Shown: piece by piece, positions 1 through 9,470 of the stretch
Layout of the letters: each line of letters starts with the position of its first letter
Numbering within the stretch: position 1 is the stretch's first letter
The notes under the pieces: model-generated
Database searches by the model: none
Told to the model about the DNA's origin: nothing
The model's input: the letters and a program-made list of their open reading frames with translations, nothing else
Source: Myxococcota bacterium
Lineage (GTDB): Bacteria; Myxococcota_A; UBA796; UBA2385
Length of the DNA stretch: 64,000 nt
Direction of reading: 5' to 3'
NCBI GenBank assembly: GCA_044344255.1
Contig: JBIJDH010000001.1
Span: 448,001-512,000, forward strand
Translations under genes and position numbers: made by a program

Positions 1-586
1 GCACTGCCCTTCGCCGGCCCCGCCGAGGTCGACGGCCCCTCCCTCGCGCTGCCCGCCGCCCTCGCCCTCCTCTCCCTGTGGACCGGGAAGACGGTCGCCA
101 GCGGCCTCGTCGCCAGCGACGATCTGAGCGCAGATAGGCGCGTCGCCAGCGCGGCCGCCTCGCCGAGGCGCTGGGGGCCGCGGTCGTGCTGTACACCTTC
201 GCCGCTGACACCCACGGCGTGGAGCGGACCCGGGCCGCGCCCGCCTCCACCAGGGCCGCGCCGCCGGCAAGCTCGACCAGGCCGACGAGGCGCTCGACCA
301 GACCGCCGCCGACCTCGAGGCCCACCACGGGCCCACCGCCATCGTGGCGGATCAGGCCGACGGGGAGAGCACCCAGGCCTTCTGGCTCTACGAGCGGGCC
401 CGCCTCGGCCTCCTCCGCGTCCTCGCCTGGGCCGATCGGGGCCTGGGCAAGCCCTACCTCGCAAAAGACGCCACCGCCGAGGCGGCCCTCCTCGCCGAGA
501 AGGCGCAGGGCGACTTCCGCGCGATCTTCGACCGCATCGCCGAGGGGGCCAAAGGCCCCTACCGCGCCGACGGCGAGGTCTATTAG
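1..586 (+). pseudogene. Frameshifted relic of a Lon (S16)-like protease domain with a helical/TPR-like C-terminal region; 5' end outside the window
   Basis: Frame 1 (1-150) reads EVDGPSLALPAALALLSLWTGKTVASGLVASDDLSADRRV, matching the Lon DGPSxG...A.ALLS..TG..V....A.TGE motif with G->D/R changes and no catalytic Lys. High-GC3 coding continues in frame 3 (~153-220) and then frame 2 (to TAG at 586). Confidence 0.65.
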
Positions 587-631
587 CGGGCCGACCAGAC
601 TCCCGCCTATCCCTATTTATAAGCAGCTAAT

Positions 632-664
632 TCAAGCAATTTTCACTGGGTGAAAATTGTTTGA
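632..664. promoter_or_regulatory. AT-rich 15-bp inverted repeat (operator-like or hairpin)
   Basis: TCAAGCAATTTTCAC-TGG-GTGAAAATTGTTTGA, 14/15 paired, in a short AT-rich patch upstream of the cmr relics. Confidence 0.6.
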
Positions 665-911
665 GAGGCCTGCGCCTTGCCGACGCCCGCCCTCCCGCAG
701 TACTTCAAACGGCAGCGGGCCGACCTCGGATTCATCGCAGCCCAAGCCGATCGAAGGGACAGGGTCTCTTCCCCTCCCCTCCCCCCGCCAGCTCCTCCCA
801 CCTGCTCCTCCCCTGCCGCTCCTGCAGCGGGCGGAGCGCGGCCACTCCTTATGTCCGGGCGTCCCCTTGTCCCACCCGAGCGCACGAGCACTGCCGGTCC
901 CTCGCCCAAGG

Positions 912-1244
912 GGCTCCCTGCTCCTCCCGCGGCAGGGGCCCAGCCAGGATTCCATCGCCTCGGCGTGGCGCTGTCAGGACCTCTGGTTTGACTCCTGGCG
1001 GCTCTCGGAGCTCGTCCGGGTGGCCGCCGCGCACACTCCGGCCCTGGGCGCCGCGCTCAACACCTCCGATTCGGGCTGCCGGGACATCGTCGCACGTCAT
1101 GAGGGTTCGCTCGTGTTCGCTGACGGCGACGATGTCCTGGCGCCTTTACCCCTGTACGGAGCGCTCGACCGCGCCCGCTGCTCCCCGGGGCGCGGGTCGC
1201 CGATGTGGAGACCGCTCCGACACGAACCCAGGAGGGCGCGATGA
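912..1244 (+). pseudogene. cmr2: Collapsed Cas10/Cmr2 (type III-B) pseudogene
   Basis: GPSQDSIASAWRCQDLWFDSWRLSEL resembles the Cmr2 N-terminal GPVQxFIxxARxxxDLWxGSxLLSEL. It is fused in frame to HTPALGAALN...RDIVARHEGSLVFADGDDVLAPLP, resembling Palm2 H..LS.AL..F....IV..H.G.LIYAGGDDVLA. Confidence 0.8.
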
Positions 1245-2197
1245 TCTGGCTCCAGACCCGGGTCGAGCTCCTCACCAACCCCTACGAGGTCTTCGGGGAC
1301 CTCGACCGCGCGAACGCCCGCCAGCTCCTGGAGCAGGGGCGGTACGGCGCCGCCGCCCGGGCCTGGCAGGAGCTCGCCAACAAGACCGGTCGGCACGCCG
1401 ATCGTTGGCGCGCCGCCCTGTCTACCGGCCTCGACCAGGCCGACCGGATCAACCTCCGCGGCGCGGCGGAGACCCTGTGTGAGCTTCACCGAACCATCCA
1501 CCGCGACCGCCGCCACGATGGGCTGCTCGCCGCCGATCCCCTGGCCTCGGAGGTCTCCCTCTCCTGGCTCCCCGCGCGCGCGGTGGGCCTCGAGGCCGTG
1601 CTGGAGATCGACGGCAGCGCCGACCCCACCCGACAGACCGAGCAGCTCCTCAAGCCCGGCTTCCTCGACTTCATCGAGATGATGATCCGCTTGGCCGAGC
1701 GGCGAGATCAGGACGGCGAGCACGACCTCGGCTCCCTCTTCGCCTATCGCGCCCTGGAGGCGATCCCACAGCGCCGGCTCGCCCGCCTCGGCTTCGAGGT
1801 AGACCGCTTCGACTGGGCCGAGCTGTATCGGCGCGCCGGGGCCACCGATGATCGCGCGCGCGCCGCCCTCGTGGCGAGGCTCTTCCCCAAGACCGACATC
1901 ACGCCGGACCACGGCCTCCGGCCCACCGTAGACCGCGGGGTCGGCCTGAGCGTCCTCGCCTTTGGGCTCCGCGATCCGCTCGTGCCCGAGGCTGAGCTCC
2001 AGAAGCTGATCGGCCTCGGGAAGGCCCGAAACGCCAGCATCCTGGCCCACGGCATCCGGCAGATCCAGCCCAAGGACAGCCAAAGCCTGCTCCGGGAGAC
2101 CCGCGCGCTCTTCTCCCGGCTCCTCGAGCTCGAGGGGCTCTCCTCGGTCGAGCGCGCCGCCCTCACCCACCGCCACTCCCCGCCACCCGCGCTCTGA
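1241..2197 (+). CDS. TIGR02710-family CRISPR-associated (Csm6/Csx1-like) HEPN protein lacking the N-terminal CARF domain
   Basis: LTNPYEVFGD, YRALE and RNASILAHG motifs; AGGAGG RBS; ATGA overlap with the cmr2-relic stop. Confidence 0.75.
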   Translation: MIWLQTRVELLTNPYEVFGDLDRANARQLLEQGRYGAAARAWQELANKTGRHADRWRAALSTGLDQADRINLRGAAETLCELHRTIHRDRRHDGLLAADPLASEVSLSWLPARAVGLEAVLEIDGSADPTRQTEQLLKPGFLDFIEMMIRLAERRDQDGEHDLGSLFAYRALEAIPQRRLARLGFEVDRFDWAELYRRAGATDDRARAALVARLFPKTDITPDHGLRPTVDRGVGLSVLAFGLRDPLVPEAELQKLIGLGKARNASILAHGIRQIQPKDSQSLLRETRALFSRLLELEGLSSVERAALTHRHSPPPAL

Positions 2198-2226
2198 GCC
2201 GAGCCGGAGGGCGAGGCTCGCCGGCC

Positions 2227-3072
2227 TCAGCGCGGCGGCTCGGGCTCCTGGGTCAGGGGGAAGAACTGGATGCTGATCTGATGCACGTTCTTCCGCTCCC
2301 CCGGGTCGCTGTCGCAGAGGGTGGAGACATGCTCGAGCAGGTGGAAGAGCTCCCGCCGCAGCTTCGGCAGCAGCGACTCGGGGACCGCGAGGGTGAGGCC
2401 CGTGTAGAACCGCTCGTCCCAGGGGACCCGCTCCAGGCTGGAGGCGGCGAGGCTCAGGACGCCCTCGTGGTACCGGGCGGCGACCGCGTGGTGGGCGTCT
2501 ACCCCGGTGGCCACATGGATCTCCGCGCGGACCGGCTGGAGGTCCGCGTCGAGCATGCCGAGGCGACGCAGCAGCACGAGCGCCTGCTCGATCTCCTCCT
2601 TGGCGACCGCAGCCCGGAGACGCCGCTCGATCCAAGCGGGATCCGGCGACCAGCCGGGTAGGAGCGAGAGCTCCCGCAGCGCGGGGCCGAGCCAGGTCGA
2701 GAGGTAGGTGAGCTCATCGGCGTCGATGTGGCGCGCGCCGCGGAAGCGGGGATGGGAGTAGACCTTCTCCAGGATGTCCATGCGCGCGCTGAGGTTGGTC
2801 ACGCGGCCGAGGGAGACCAGGAGCACGAAGAAGGCCCCCTCTTCCTCATCCAGCTCGAGGGGCCCCACCAGGGCCTGGGCGGTCTCGATCTGCGGGGCTC
2901 GGCGCCGCGCGAGGATGTTGGAGAAGGCCGCCGCCGAGATCCCCGCGCCCCGATGTTTGGCCAACCACGCCTTCGTCGTGAAGCTGGAGCGACCCGCCCG
3001 CCGGGCGTCGATCCAGTCCCGGAGGAAGGTCACGGGGTCGAGGTAGCGGAAGACTTGAACCTGCGTGGGCAT
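2227..3072 (-). CDS. TIGR02147-family protein (HTH + DUF4423)
   Basis: VFRYLDPVTFLRDW N-terminus and VHQISIQFFPLT C-terminus are typical of the family. Confidence 0.85.
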   Translation of the reverse strand: MPTQVQVFRYLDPVTFLRDWIDARRAGRSSFTTKAWLAKHRGAGISAAAFSNILARRRAPQIETAQALVGPLELDEEEGAFFVLLVSLGRVTNLSARMDILEKVYSHPRFRGARHIDADELTYLSTWLGPALRELSLLPGWSPDPAWIERRLRAAVAKEEIEQALVLLRRLGMLDADLQPVRAEIHVATGVDAHHAVAARYHEGVLSLAASSLERVPWDERFYTGLTLAVPESLLPKLRRELFHLLEHVSTLCDSDPGERKNVHQISIQFFPLTQEPEPPR

Positions 3073-3331
3073 CGGCCGACGCTAACCCGCAGCACCCCCG
3101 GCTGCGCAAGGAGCGTCCGGCGGGGGCGCGGCGCCGCGGGGTGAGGGCCGGCGGAGGGCGGCACCCTCGGCACCCCCGCACCGGTCGAAATTTCTATCGC
3201 CTCCCTGTCTGAAGGGGTCAGCCCGCCGTGACCTCCCCCTGCGCGACGATGAGCCACCGCCTCCCGGCGGCCAATCTCCCCCCCACGGTGGGCGGGGCGA
3301 CCTGTCCTATCGCCGCGCACGGACCCTCACC

Positions 3332-3791
3332 GTGCTCACTCCCCCTGTCCGCGTCCACTCCCTCGCCCTCCTCTCTCTTTGTGGGCTCACTGTCTGTGTG
3401 CTCACTGTCTGTGAGCTCACCCTCGCCCCCACGGCGGGAGCCAGCACCCTGGTCGGAAACCCAGCCCCCGGCTTCCACTTCGGCAGCCCCTCGCCGGTCA
3501 GCATCCGAGACGCCTCCTTCAATTTCGAGGAGGTCATCCTCACTCGCTGCGACAATTCGGAGGAGGTGACCGTCTCGGCCAACCCCGCCACCAAATACCT
3601 CTTCAGCTCCGGCCCCTCGCTGACCACCGGCGCAGAACAACCACCGCCTGCACGTCGAGCTCCACGCCGAGGACTGGCTCACCACCACCACGGTCGCCAG
3701 CGCGGGCAGCGGCGTGTCGCCCAACAGCCAGTCGCACGCCGCCTGGGTCGCGGCGGTGGAGGAGGCCATCGTGATCACCTTCGCGCCCTGA
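3332..3791 (+). pseudogene. Exported protein with a +1 frameshift or internal deletion near 3630
   Basis: Signal-like N-terminus then STLVGNP. High-GC3 codons in frame 2 to 3631, then in frame 3 (QNNHRLHVELHAEDWL...VITFAP) to TGA 3789-3791. Confidence 0.5.
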
Positions 3792-3872
3792 TCCGGCCGG
3801 CTCGGCGACACCCGGTCCCCTCTCGCGCGGACGCGAGTCAGGTCGGCCGCCGCAGCTCCCACGGCCTCGGCG

Positions 3873-4634
3873 TCATCGAGCTCCACTGGCGGTGATCGGG
3901 AGCTCATAGAGCGAGATCAGCGAGCGCCGGAGGTCACTCGCCGCGGCCACCCGCAGCTCGGGGGTGGTCCAGGCCCGCACGCGGAGGGTGATCTTCTCGC
4001 CGGTGACATCATCGAAGAGGATCGACGCTGGCCGGCGGGTGTCGAAGCGGACGTCGGCCCGGAGGATGTCGTGGACCGCCTCGAGCAGGGCCTCGGGCGC
4101 GCCGCGGCGCGGCAGCGTGACCACCACGTCCACCCGCCGGGCGCCCGAGCGGCTGTGGTTGCGGATGGGGACCGCCGCCACTCGATTGTTGATGATGGTG
4201 ACCTGCTGACCGTCCTCGGTCTCGAGGGTCATCGCGAAGAGGCCGACCGCGGTGACCCGGCCCATGACGTTGTCGACCTCCACCTCGTCGCCGATGTGAA
4301 AGGGGCGCAGGGTGAGCAGGAAGGCGCCCGAGGCCACGTTCGAGAGGCTGCCTTGCAGCGCGAGGCTGATCGCGAGGCCGGAGGTGCCGAGGATGGCGAT
4401 CACGCCGCCCGAGAAGGTGCCGAGCCGCTCGAGGGCGCCGGCGATGGCCACCACCAGGACGAGCGGGAAGACCGCCGACTTGATGAGGTTGCGAACGAGG
4501 GGGTCCAGGCTGGTGCGCGCCAGCGTGTTGCCGACCGCGCCCGTGAGCCAGGAGCCCGCCGCCCAGCCGGCGCAGAGGATGCCCAAGGCCCAGACCCAAT
4601 TCAACAACGGCTGCCAGTCCATACTGGTGAACAT
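3873..4634 (-). CDS. mscS: Small-conductance mechanosensitive channel
   Basis: GLAISLALQGSLSNVASG, RPFHIGDEV, three TM segments. Confidence 0.9.
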   Translation of the reverse strand: MFTSMDWQPLLNWVWALGILCAGWAAGSWLTGAVGNTLARTSLDPLVRNLIKSAVFPLVLVVAIAGALERLGTFSGGVIAILGTSGLAISLALQGSLSNVASGAFLLTLRPFHIGDEVEVDNVMGRVTAVGLFAMTLETEDGQQVTIINNRVAAVPIRNHSRSGARRVDVVVTLPRRGAPEALLEAVHDILRADVRFDTRRPASILFDDVTGEKITLRVRAWTTPELRVAAASDLRRSLISLYELPITASGAR

Positions 4635-5653
4635 CAGGCGCCACGGACGAGGTGACAGGCCGCCGAATGACCCGGAGAGACGGTCACGACCGGGGGGTGA
4701 CCGCCGCTGCGACAGCGGTCCTCGGCCACAGGGCAGCGAGGGTGAAAGGCGCAGCCAGGGGGCGGGTTCGAGGGGTTCGGCACGTCTCCTTGCAGGACGA
4801 TCCGGTTCTTCTTCCGCCCGGGGATCGGCTGCGGGATGGCCGACAGCAGGGCCTTTGTATAGGGATGCTGTGGGTTTTCGTATATGTCATCCACGGGGCC
4901 CGTCTCGACGATGCGGCCGAGGTACATGACAGAGATGCGGTCGGAGATGTGGCGCACCACGGAGAGGTCGTGGGCGATGAACAGATAGGAGAGGCCGAGC
5001 TCCTCTTGCAGCTCCTCGAGGAGGTTGACCACCTGAGCCTGAATGGAGACGTCGAGCGCGCTCACCGCCTCATCGCAGACGATGAAGCGGGGGTTCAAGG
5101 CCAGGGCCCGGGCGATGCCGATACGCTGACGCTGACCGCCCGAGAACTCGTGCGGGAAGCGCACCATGTGCTCGGGGAGGAGCCCCACCCGCCGCATCAG
5201 CCCGGCGACGCGGTCTTCGAGCTCGGCCCCCGAGGCGAGGCCGTGCACCAGCAGCCCCTCTCCGACGATGGTGCGGATGTCCATGCGGGGGTTGAGGCTG
5301 GAGTAGGGGTCCTGAAAGATGATCTGCATGTTCTGACGGAGCTTACGGAGCGGCTCACCGTCGAGGTGAAAGACGTCCTGCCCCTCGAAGGTCACTCGGC
5401 CCGCCGTGGCGGGGATGAGGCGGAGGATGGTGCGGCCCACCGTCGTCTTGCCGCAGCCGCTCTCTCCGACGAGCCCCACCGTCTCTTGGCGACCGAGGGT
5501 GAAAGACACGCCATCGACGGCCTTGACGTGGCCTACGACCCGCGCGAGCAGGCCCTTGCGGATTGGGAACCAGGTCCGGAGGTCGGCGACGTCGAGCATG
5601 GGGCGGTGGGGCTCCAGTGCGGGAGAGGGAGGGGTGGCGGTGGGCGCGCTCAA
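4634..5653 (-). CDS. oppF: Oligopeptide ABC transporter ATP-binding protein (OppF/AppF-like)
   Basis: [19 protein letters not shown]-terminal HPYT...GCAFHPRCP. Confidence 0.9.
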   Translation of the reverse strand: MSAPTATPPSPALEPHRPMLDVADLRTWFPIRKGLLARVVGHVKAVDGVSFTLGRQETVGLVGESGCGKTTVGRTILRLIPATAGRVTFEGQDVFHLDGEPLRKLRQNMQIIFQDPYSSLNPRMDIRTIVGEGLLVHGLASGAELEDRVAGLMRRVGLLPEHMVRFPHEFSGGQRQRIGIARALALNPRFIVCDEAVSALDVSIQAQVVNLLEELQEELGLSYLFIAHDLSVVRHISDRISVMYLGRIVETGPVDDIYENPQHPYTKALLSAIPQPIPGRKKNRIVLQGDVPNPSNPPPGCAFHPRCPVAEDRCRSGGHPPVVTVSPGHSAACHLVRGA

Positions 5654-6846
5654 GGCTCATCCGGCTTGTTCACGCGGAAGGTCCGCATCGAGGCCTCGAC
5701 CGCCAGGTTGATGTCTTCGAGGCGGATGGCCTCGGTGGGCGCGTCATCCATTGTGGGGTCGCCGAAGAAGATGGCGTCTGCAGGCGCGGCGGCGACGGGG
5801 CCCGAATCGGGGTCAAACAGGCGGAAGTTTCGGTCCAGTCGCCCCTCCTCGACCGCGTGACAGGCGACGGTGTGGCCGCCCCCCACCCGCCGCAAGCGGG
5901 GCTCCTCCGCCGCGCAGCGGCGGTCGGCGTGCTCGCAGCGGTTGCGGAAGCGGCAGCCGGAGGGGAAGTCGAGCGGGCTCGGCACCACCCCGGGGATGAC
6001 CCGCAGCCGCTCCTTCTTCCCCGCGAGGGCGGGCAGCGAGTGGAAGAGGCCGACGGTGTAGGGGTGGCGCGGCTCACCGTAGAGGGTGTGGACGTCCGCG
6101 TACTCGACGACCTTCCCTGCGTACATCACGGCGACGTGGTCGCTCACCTCGGCCACGACGCCGAGATCGTGGGTGATGAACAGGATGCTGGCGCCTGCGC
6201 TCGCCTGCAGCTCCTGCATGAGCTCGATGATCTGCGCCTGGATCGTGACGTCGAGGGCCGTGGTGGGCTCATCGGCGATGAGGAGCTGCGGATCGCAGGA
6301 GAGGGCCATGGCGATCATCACGCGCTGACGCATGCCGCCCGACATCTGGTGCGGGTACTCGTCCACCCGGGCCTCGGGCCGGGCGATCCCCACCTTCTTG
6401 AGCATCTCGATCGCGGCGGCGTGGGCGTCCTTGTGGTTGAGGCGCCGGTGCAGGCGCAGGGCCTCTCCGATCTGCTCGCCCACGGTGTAGACCGGGTTCA
6501 GGCTGGTCATCGGCTCCTGGAAGATCATCGCGATGTCATTGCCGCGGATCTTCCGCAGCTCCGCCTCGGGGAGGGTGAGCAGGTCGACCCCCTTGAACAA
6601 GATGCGGCCGCCCGCCTTGATGCCCGGGGGCGTCGGGATGAGGCCCATCACCGACATCGCGGTGACCGACTTTCCGCAGCCGCTCTCCCCCACCACCGCC
6701 AGCGTGCGGCGCGCGGGGATGTCGTAGCTGACGCCGTCCACCGCTCGGGCGACGCCCCCCTCCATCTGGAAGTAGGTGCGCAGCTCTTCGACCCGGAGCA
6801 AGGGCTCCGGCTCGCCTTCACTTCGTTGGCCGCTCGTCCTGTCCAT
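5650..6846 (-). CDS. oppD: Oligopeptide ABC transporter ATP-binding protein (OppD/DppD-like) with a C-terminal extension
   Basis: [29 protein letters not shown]. Confidence 0.9.
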   Translation of the reverse strand: MDRTSGQRSEGEPEPLLRVEELRTYFQMEGGVARAVDGVSYDIPARRTLAVVGESGCGKSVTAMSVMGLIPTPPGIKAGGRILFKGVDLLTLPEAELRKIRGNDIAMIFQEPMTSLNPVYTVGEQIGEALRLHRRLNHKDAHAAAIEMLKKVGIARPEARVDEYPHQMSGGMRQRVMIAMALSCDPQLLIADEPTTALDVTIQAQIIELMQELQASAGASILFITHDLGVVAEVSDHVAVMYAGKVVEYADVHTLYGEPRHPYTVGLFHSLPALAGKKERLRVIPGVVPSPLDFPSGCRFRNRCEHADRRCAAEEPRLRRVGGGHTVACHAVEEGRLDRNFRLFDPDSGPVAAAPADAIFFGDPTMDDAPTEAIRLEDINLAVEASMRTFRVNKPDEP

Positions 6847-6891
6847 CCGCCGCCTCACTGACTACTCATCCCTGGGACTACTCATCACCGG

Positions 6892-7872
6892 CTATTCACG
6901 CGCCTCTGGCGTAGCCCATCTGGCCGTCCGGAGCCCATCCCCGAGCAGGGTCAGCCCGAGCCCGAGCAGCAGCAGGGCGAGGCTCGGCCCGAGCAGCACC
7001 CAGGGCGCGTGATCGACCCACGTCCGCCCTTCGTCGGCCAGCCGCCCCCACGACGGGGCCCGCGGATCCCGCCACAAGAACTGGTAGGCCGCCCGCAGGA
7101 GCAGGATCTGCGCCGCCGCCCGCGCGAGGGCCGCGGGGAGGGCGCGGGGCTCGAGGATCACCCGGGAGAGGGCCGGGGCGGCACACCATGCGAGGGCGAG
7201 CAGGGGATCGGCCAGCCCGAATGCGAGGAGGATCCAGACCAGCGGCGGCAGGGTCTGCGCCAGGGCCCGCAGCGGCGGGAGCGCGCGGAGGGGCAGCGCG
7301 AGCAGGGCGGCCTGCCCCGTGGCGATCACGACCACGGACAGGGTGGGCAAGCCGGCCGCCAGCACCTGGGAGAAGAGGTCCCCCCCCTCAGGGCCGGTGC
7401 CGAGCGGCGAGGCCCAGGAGGGGGGCTCGGGGAGCGCGCCCTCCGCCACCACCGGCACCCCCGGCGGGCCCGCCAGAGTGCCCCGGTTGAGCACGGCGAA
7501 GACCACGAGGCCCAGCAGATAGACGCCCGCCCGTCCGCGGGCGGAGAGCGCGGGGCGCCCGCCGGGGGCCGCCGCGAAGCGCCAGGCCGCCCCATAGAGC
7601 GGGACGGCGAACGTGGCCCAGGGCACCAGCGCCCGCAGCGCGTGGCCATAGAAGCCGAGCGTGGGCAGGCGATGGAAGAGCCCGCCCACGCCGAGGGTGG
7701 CGGCCCAGAACAGGGCGCTCCACAACAAGAGGCCGGCCGCGTCGAGGAACCGCCGGTGGAGCAGGTGACCGAGGCCAGGAAGGAGCAGGCCCAGCGACGC
7801 CCGCCAGGCGACGCCCGCGCGCGCGAGCTCAGGGGCTGGGCCCGGGCGGCCCGTCGCCGGCTCGGCGCTCAT
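6892..7872 (-). CDS. Divergent OppC/DppC-like permease
   Basis: PLGTGPEGGDLFSQV and PSWGRL...APW...P.LAL...LLGDGLR; EAA loop not recognisable. Confidence 0.6.
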   Translation of the reverse strand: MSAEPATGRPGPAPELARAGVAWRASLGLLLPGLGHLLHRRFLDAAGLLLWSALFWAATLGVGGLFHRLPTLGFYGHALRALVPWATFAVPLYGAAWRFAAAPGGRPALSARGRAGVYLLGLVVFAVLNRGTLAGPPGVPVVAEGALPEPPSWASPLGTGPEGGDLFSQVLAAGLPTLSVVVIATGQAALLALPLRALPPLRALAQTLPPLVWILLAFGLADPLLALAWCAAPALSRVILEPRALPAALARAAAQILLLRAAYQFLWRDPRAPSWGRLADEGRTWVDHAPWVLLGPSLALLLLGLGLTLLGDGLRTARWATPEARE

Positions 7873-7919
7873 CTCTGTCTCCAGGTCACGGCTGGCTCCA
7901 GGTCAAGGCAGGCTTCGGG

Positions 7920-9467
7920 TCAAGGCGGGTCCAGCGGCCGATAGAGGGGATCTCCCACGAAGACCATCATCCACCCCGCGACCACCGTGCTCTCATAGGC
8001 CGCCTCGCCATAGTTGGCGCCCTCGAGCAGGTACCGATAGAGCTGGTCGTACTCCGGCATGCCAGCGACATAGGGCTCATTGACCGCCCCATAGGTGGCG
8101 GTGATGCCGTCCAGCAGAGCGCTCCCTGCCCAGGTGCCGGCCGCGCGCAGCTCACAGGCCGAGCAGGAGTCGAGGTGGCCGCCGATGGCGCCGGGCGCCC
8201 AGGTGAAGCAGTCGTTGTAATTGTAGAAGGAGTACCAGCCGGCATAGAACAGCGCGTCCGGGCAGTCGGTGGGCGCGGGGGCGGTGCCGAATTCCTCGGC
8301 CTGTCCATCCCAGACCACCGGCCAGCGCCCGTCCGCCTCGAAGGCGGCGCGGGTGCCCCACATGTTCCACTCGCCGCTCTCATAGGAGCCGAATTCATCG
8401 GAGGTGGGAGGGGTGTCGCCGCGGTTGCCGTCGACATAGACGACGCCGTCGAGCCCGCCTGCGTCCCGGAGGGCCTCGGCCTCGGCGGTCCGATCGAGGA
8501 GGGCCAGCGCGGCCTCGGCGTCTGCCCCGTCGATCCGAGTGACGATGTAATAATCCCCGCCGCCCTCGCGGAGGGCGCCGACCGGGACATAGGGCTCATA
8601 GACCGCCGCTGCGCTGTTCCCCTCCTGATACCAGGGGTTGTACTTCGCCTCTGCCACCACCCGGGCGCGCTGCCCGAAGAAGAGCAGGGCGTCGAGGCTG
8701 GTGGTGGTGAGCGCGCCGCTCGCAAAGTCGGGGATCTGACCGCTCACCTTGTAGGGCACACCATAGACCGGGACGATGTACTCGATCTGTGGCCCGGCGG
8801 CCTCAAGACAGGCCTGGAGCGTGTCGTAGAGGTCCATCGCCTCTTCGACCGCGATGGTCGTCGAGTCCGTAAACGTGAACAGACATCGGTGGTCCGCGGG
8901 GAGCCCGCGAAAGGCCGCATAGGCCTCTGCCACCTCCACCGAGCCCTCCACAGCCTCGTTGGCGAGGGTGAGCACCCGCTCCGCCTCGGGGAAGCCCACC
9001 CAGGTCGCGCCGCTCACCTGGAGCGCGGGGCAGCCCTCCTGCTCGACAGACAGGGTGACGGTGGCGAGGACATCGACGTGCACCGCCTCGTCCGCGGGGA
9101 GGGCCCAGTCGGCCCCGGCGGCGTCCCCGCTCAAGTCGCCGAGATCCGCGGACCAGAAGGCGGAGACCTCACCCTCCGGCGCGACGGTCCAGCCTACGGC
9201 GACCGCCAGCGTGTCGCCCGGGCGGGCCTCCGGGGCGAGCGCCAGCGCGGGGCCCTCCCCACAGGTGGGCGGCGCCGGAGAGTCTGTCCCCGCGCTGTCC
9301 CCGCCACCGTCGGCCGCGCCGGAGCTATCTTCGGCACCGCTGTCTTTTGCGCCGCCGCCGCTCGGCCCCCCCTTCGAGGAGGGGCCGCCACAGCCGAGGG
9401 GGACGAGAGAGAGGGCCGCCGAAGCGACCCAGGCGAGGACGCAGCGGAGCGGACTGGCGCGATGCAT
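7920..9467 (-). CDS. TIGR03790-family lipoprotein
   Basis: Lipobox-like PLGC; VTRIDG, YAGWYS, GAIGGHLDS, GITATYGAVNEPY, WMMVFVGDPLYRP. Confidence 0.8.
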   Translation of the reverse strand: MHRASPLRCVLAWVASAALSLVPLGCGGPSSKGGPSGGGAKDSGAEDSSGAADGGGDSAGTDSPAPPTCGEGPALALAPEARPGDTLAVAVGWTVAPEGEVSAFWSADLGDLSGDAAGADWALPADEAVHVDVLATVTLSVEQEGCPALQVSGATWVGFPEAERVLTLANEAVEGSVEVAEAYAAFRGLPADHRCLFTFTDSTTIAVEEAMDLYDTLQACLEAAGPQIEYIVPVYGVPYKVSGQIPDFASGALTTTSLDALLFFGQRARVVAEAKYNPWYQEGNSAAAVYEPYVPVGALREGGGDYYIVTRIDGADAEAALALLDRTAEAEALRDAGGLDGVVYVDGNRGDTPPTSDEFGSYESGEWNMWGTRAAFEADGRWPVVWDGQAEEFGTAPAPTDCPDALFYAGWYSFYNYNDCFTWAPGAIGGHLDSCSACELRAAGTWAGSALLDGITATYGAVNEPYVAGMPEYDQLYRYLLEGANYGEAAYESTVVAGWMMVFVGDPLYRPLDPP

Positions 9468-9470
9468 GGC

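Noticed and set aside
186..653. 155-aa ORF as a real gene
   Set aside because: Mostly off-frame Pro/Arg/Ser translation of the frameshifted Lon-like relic.
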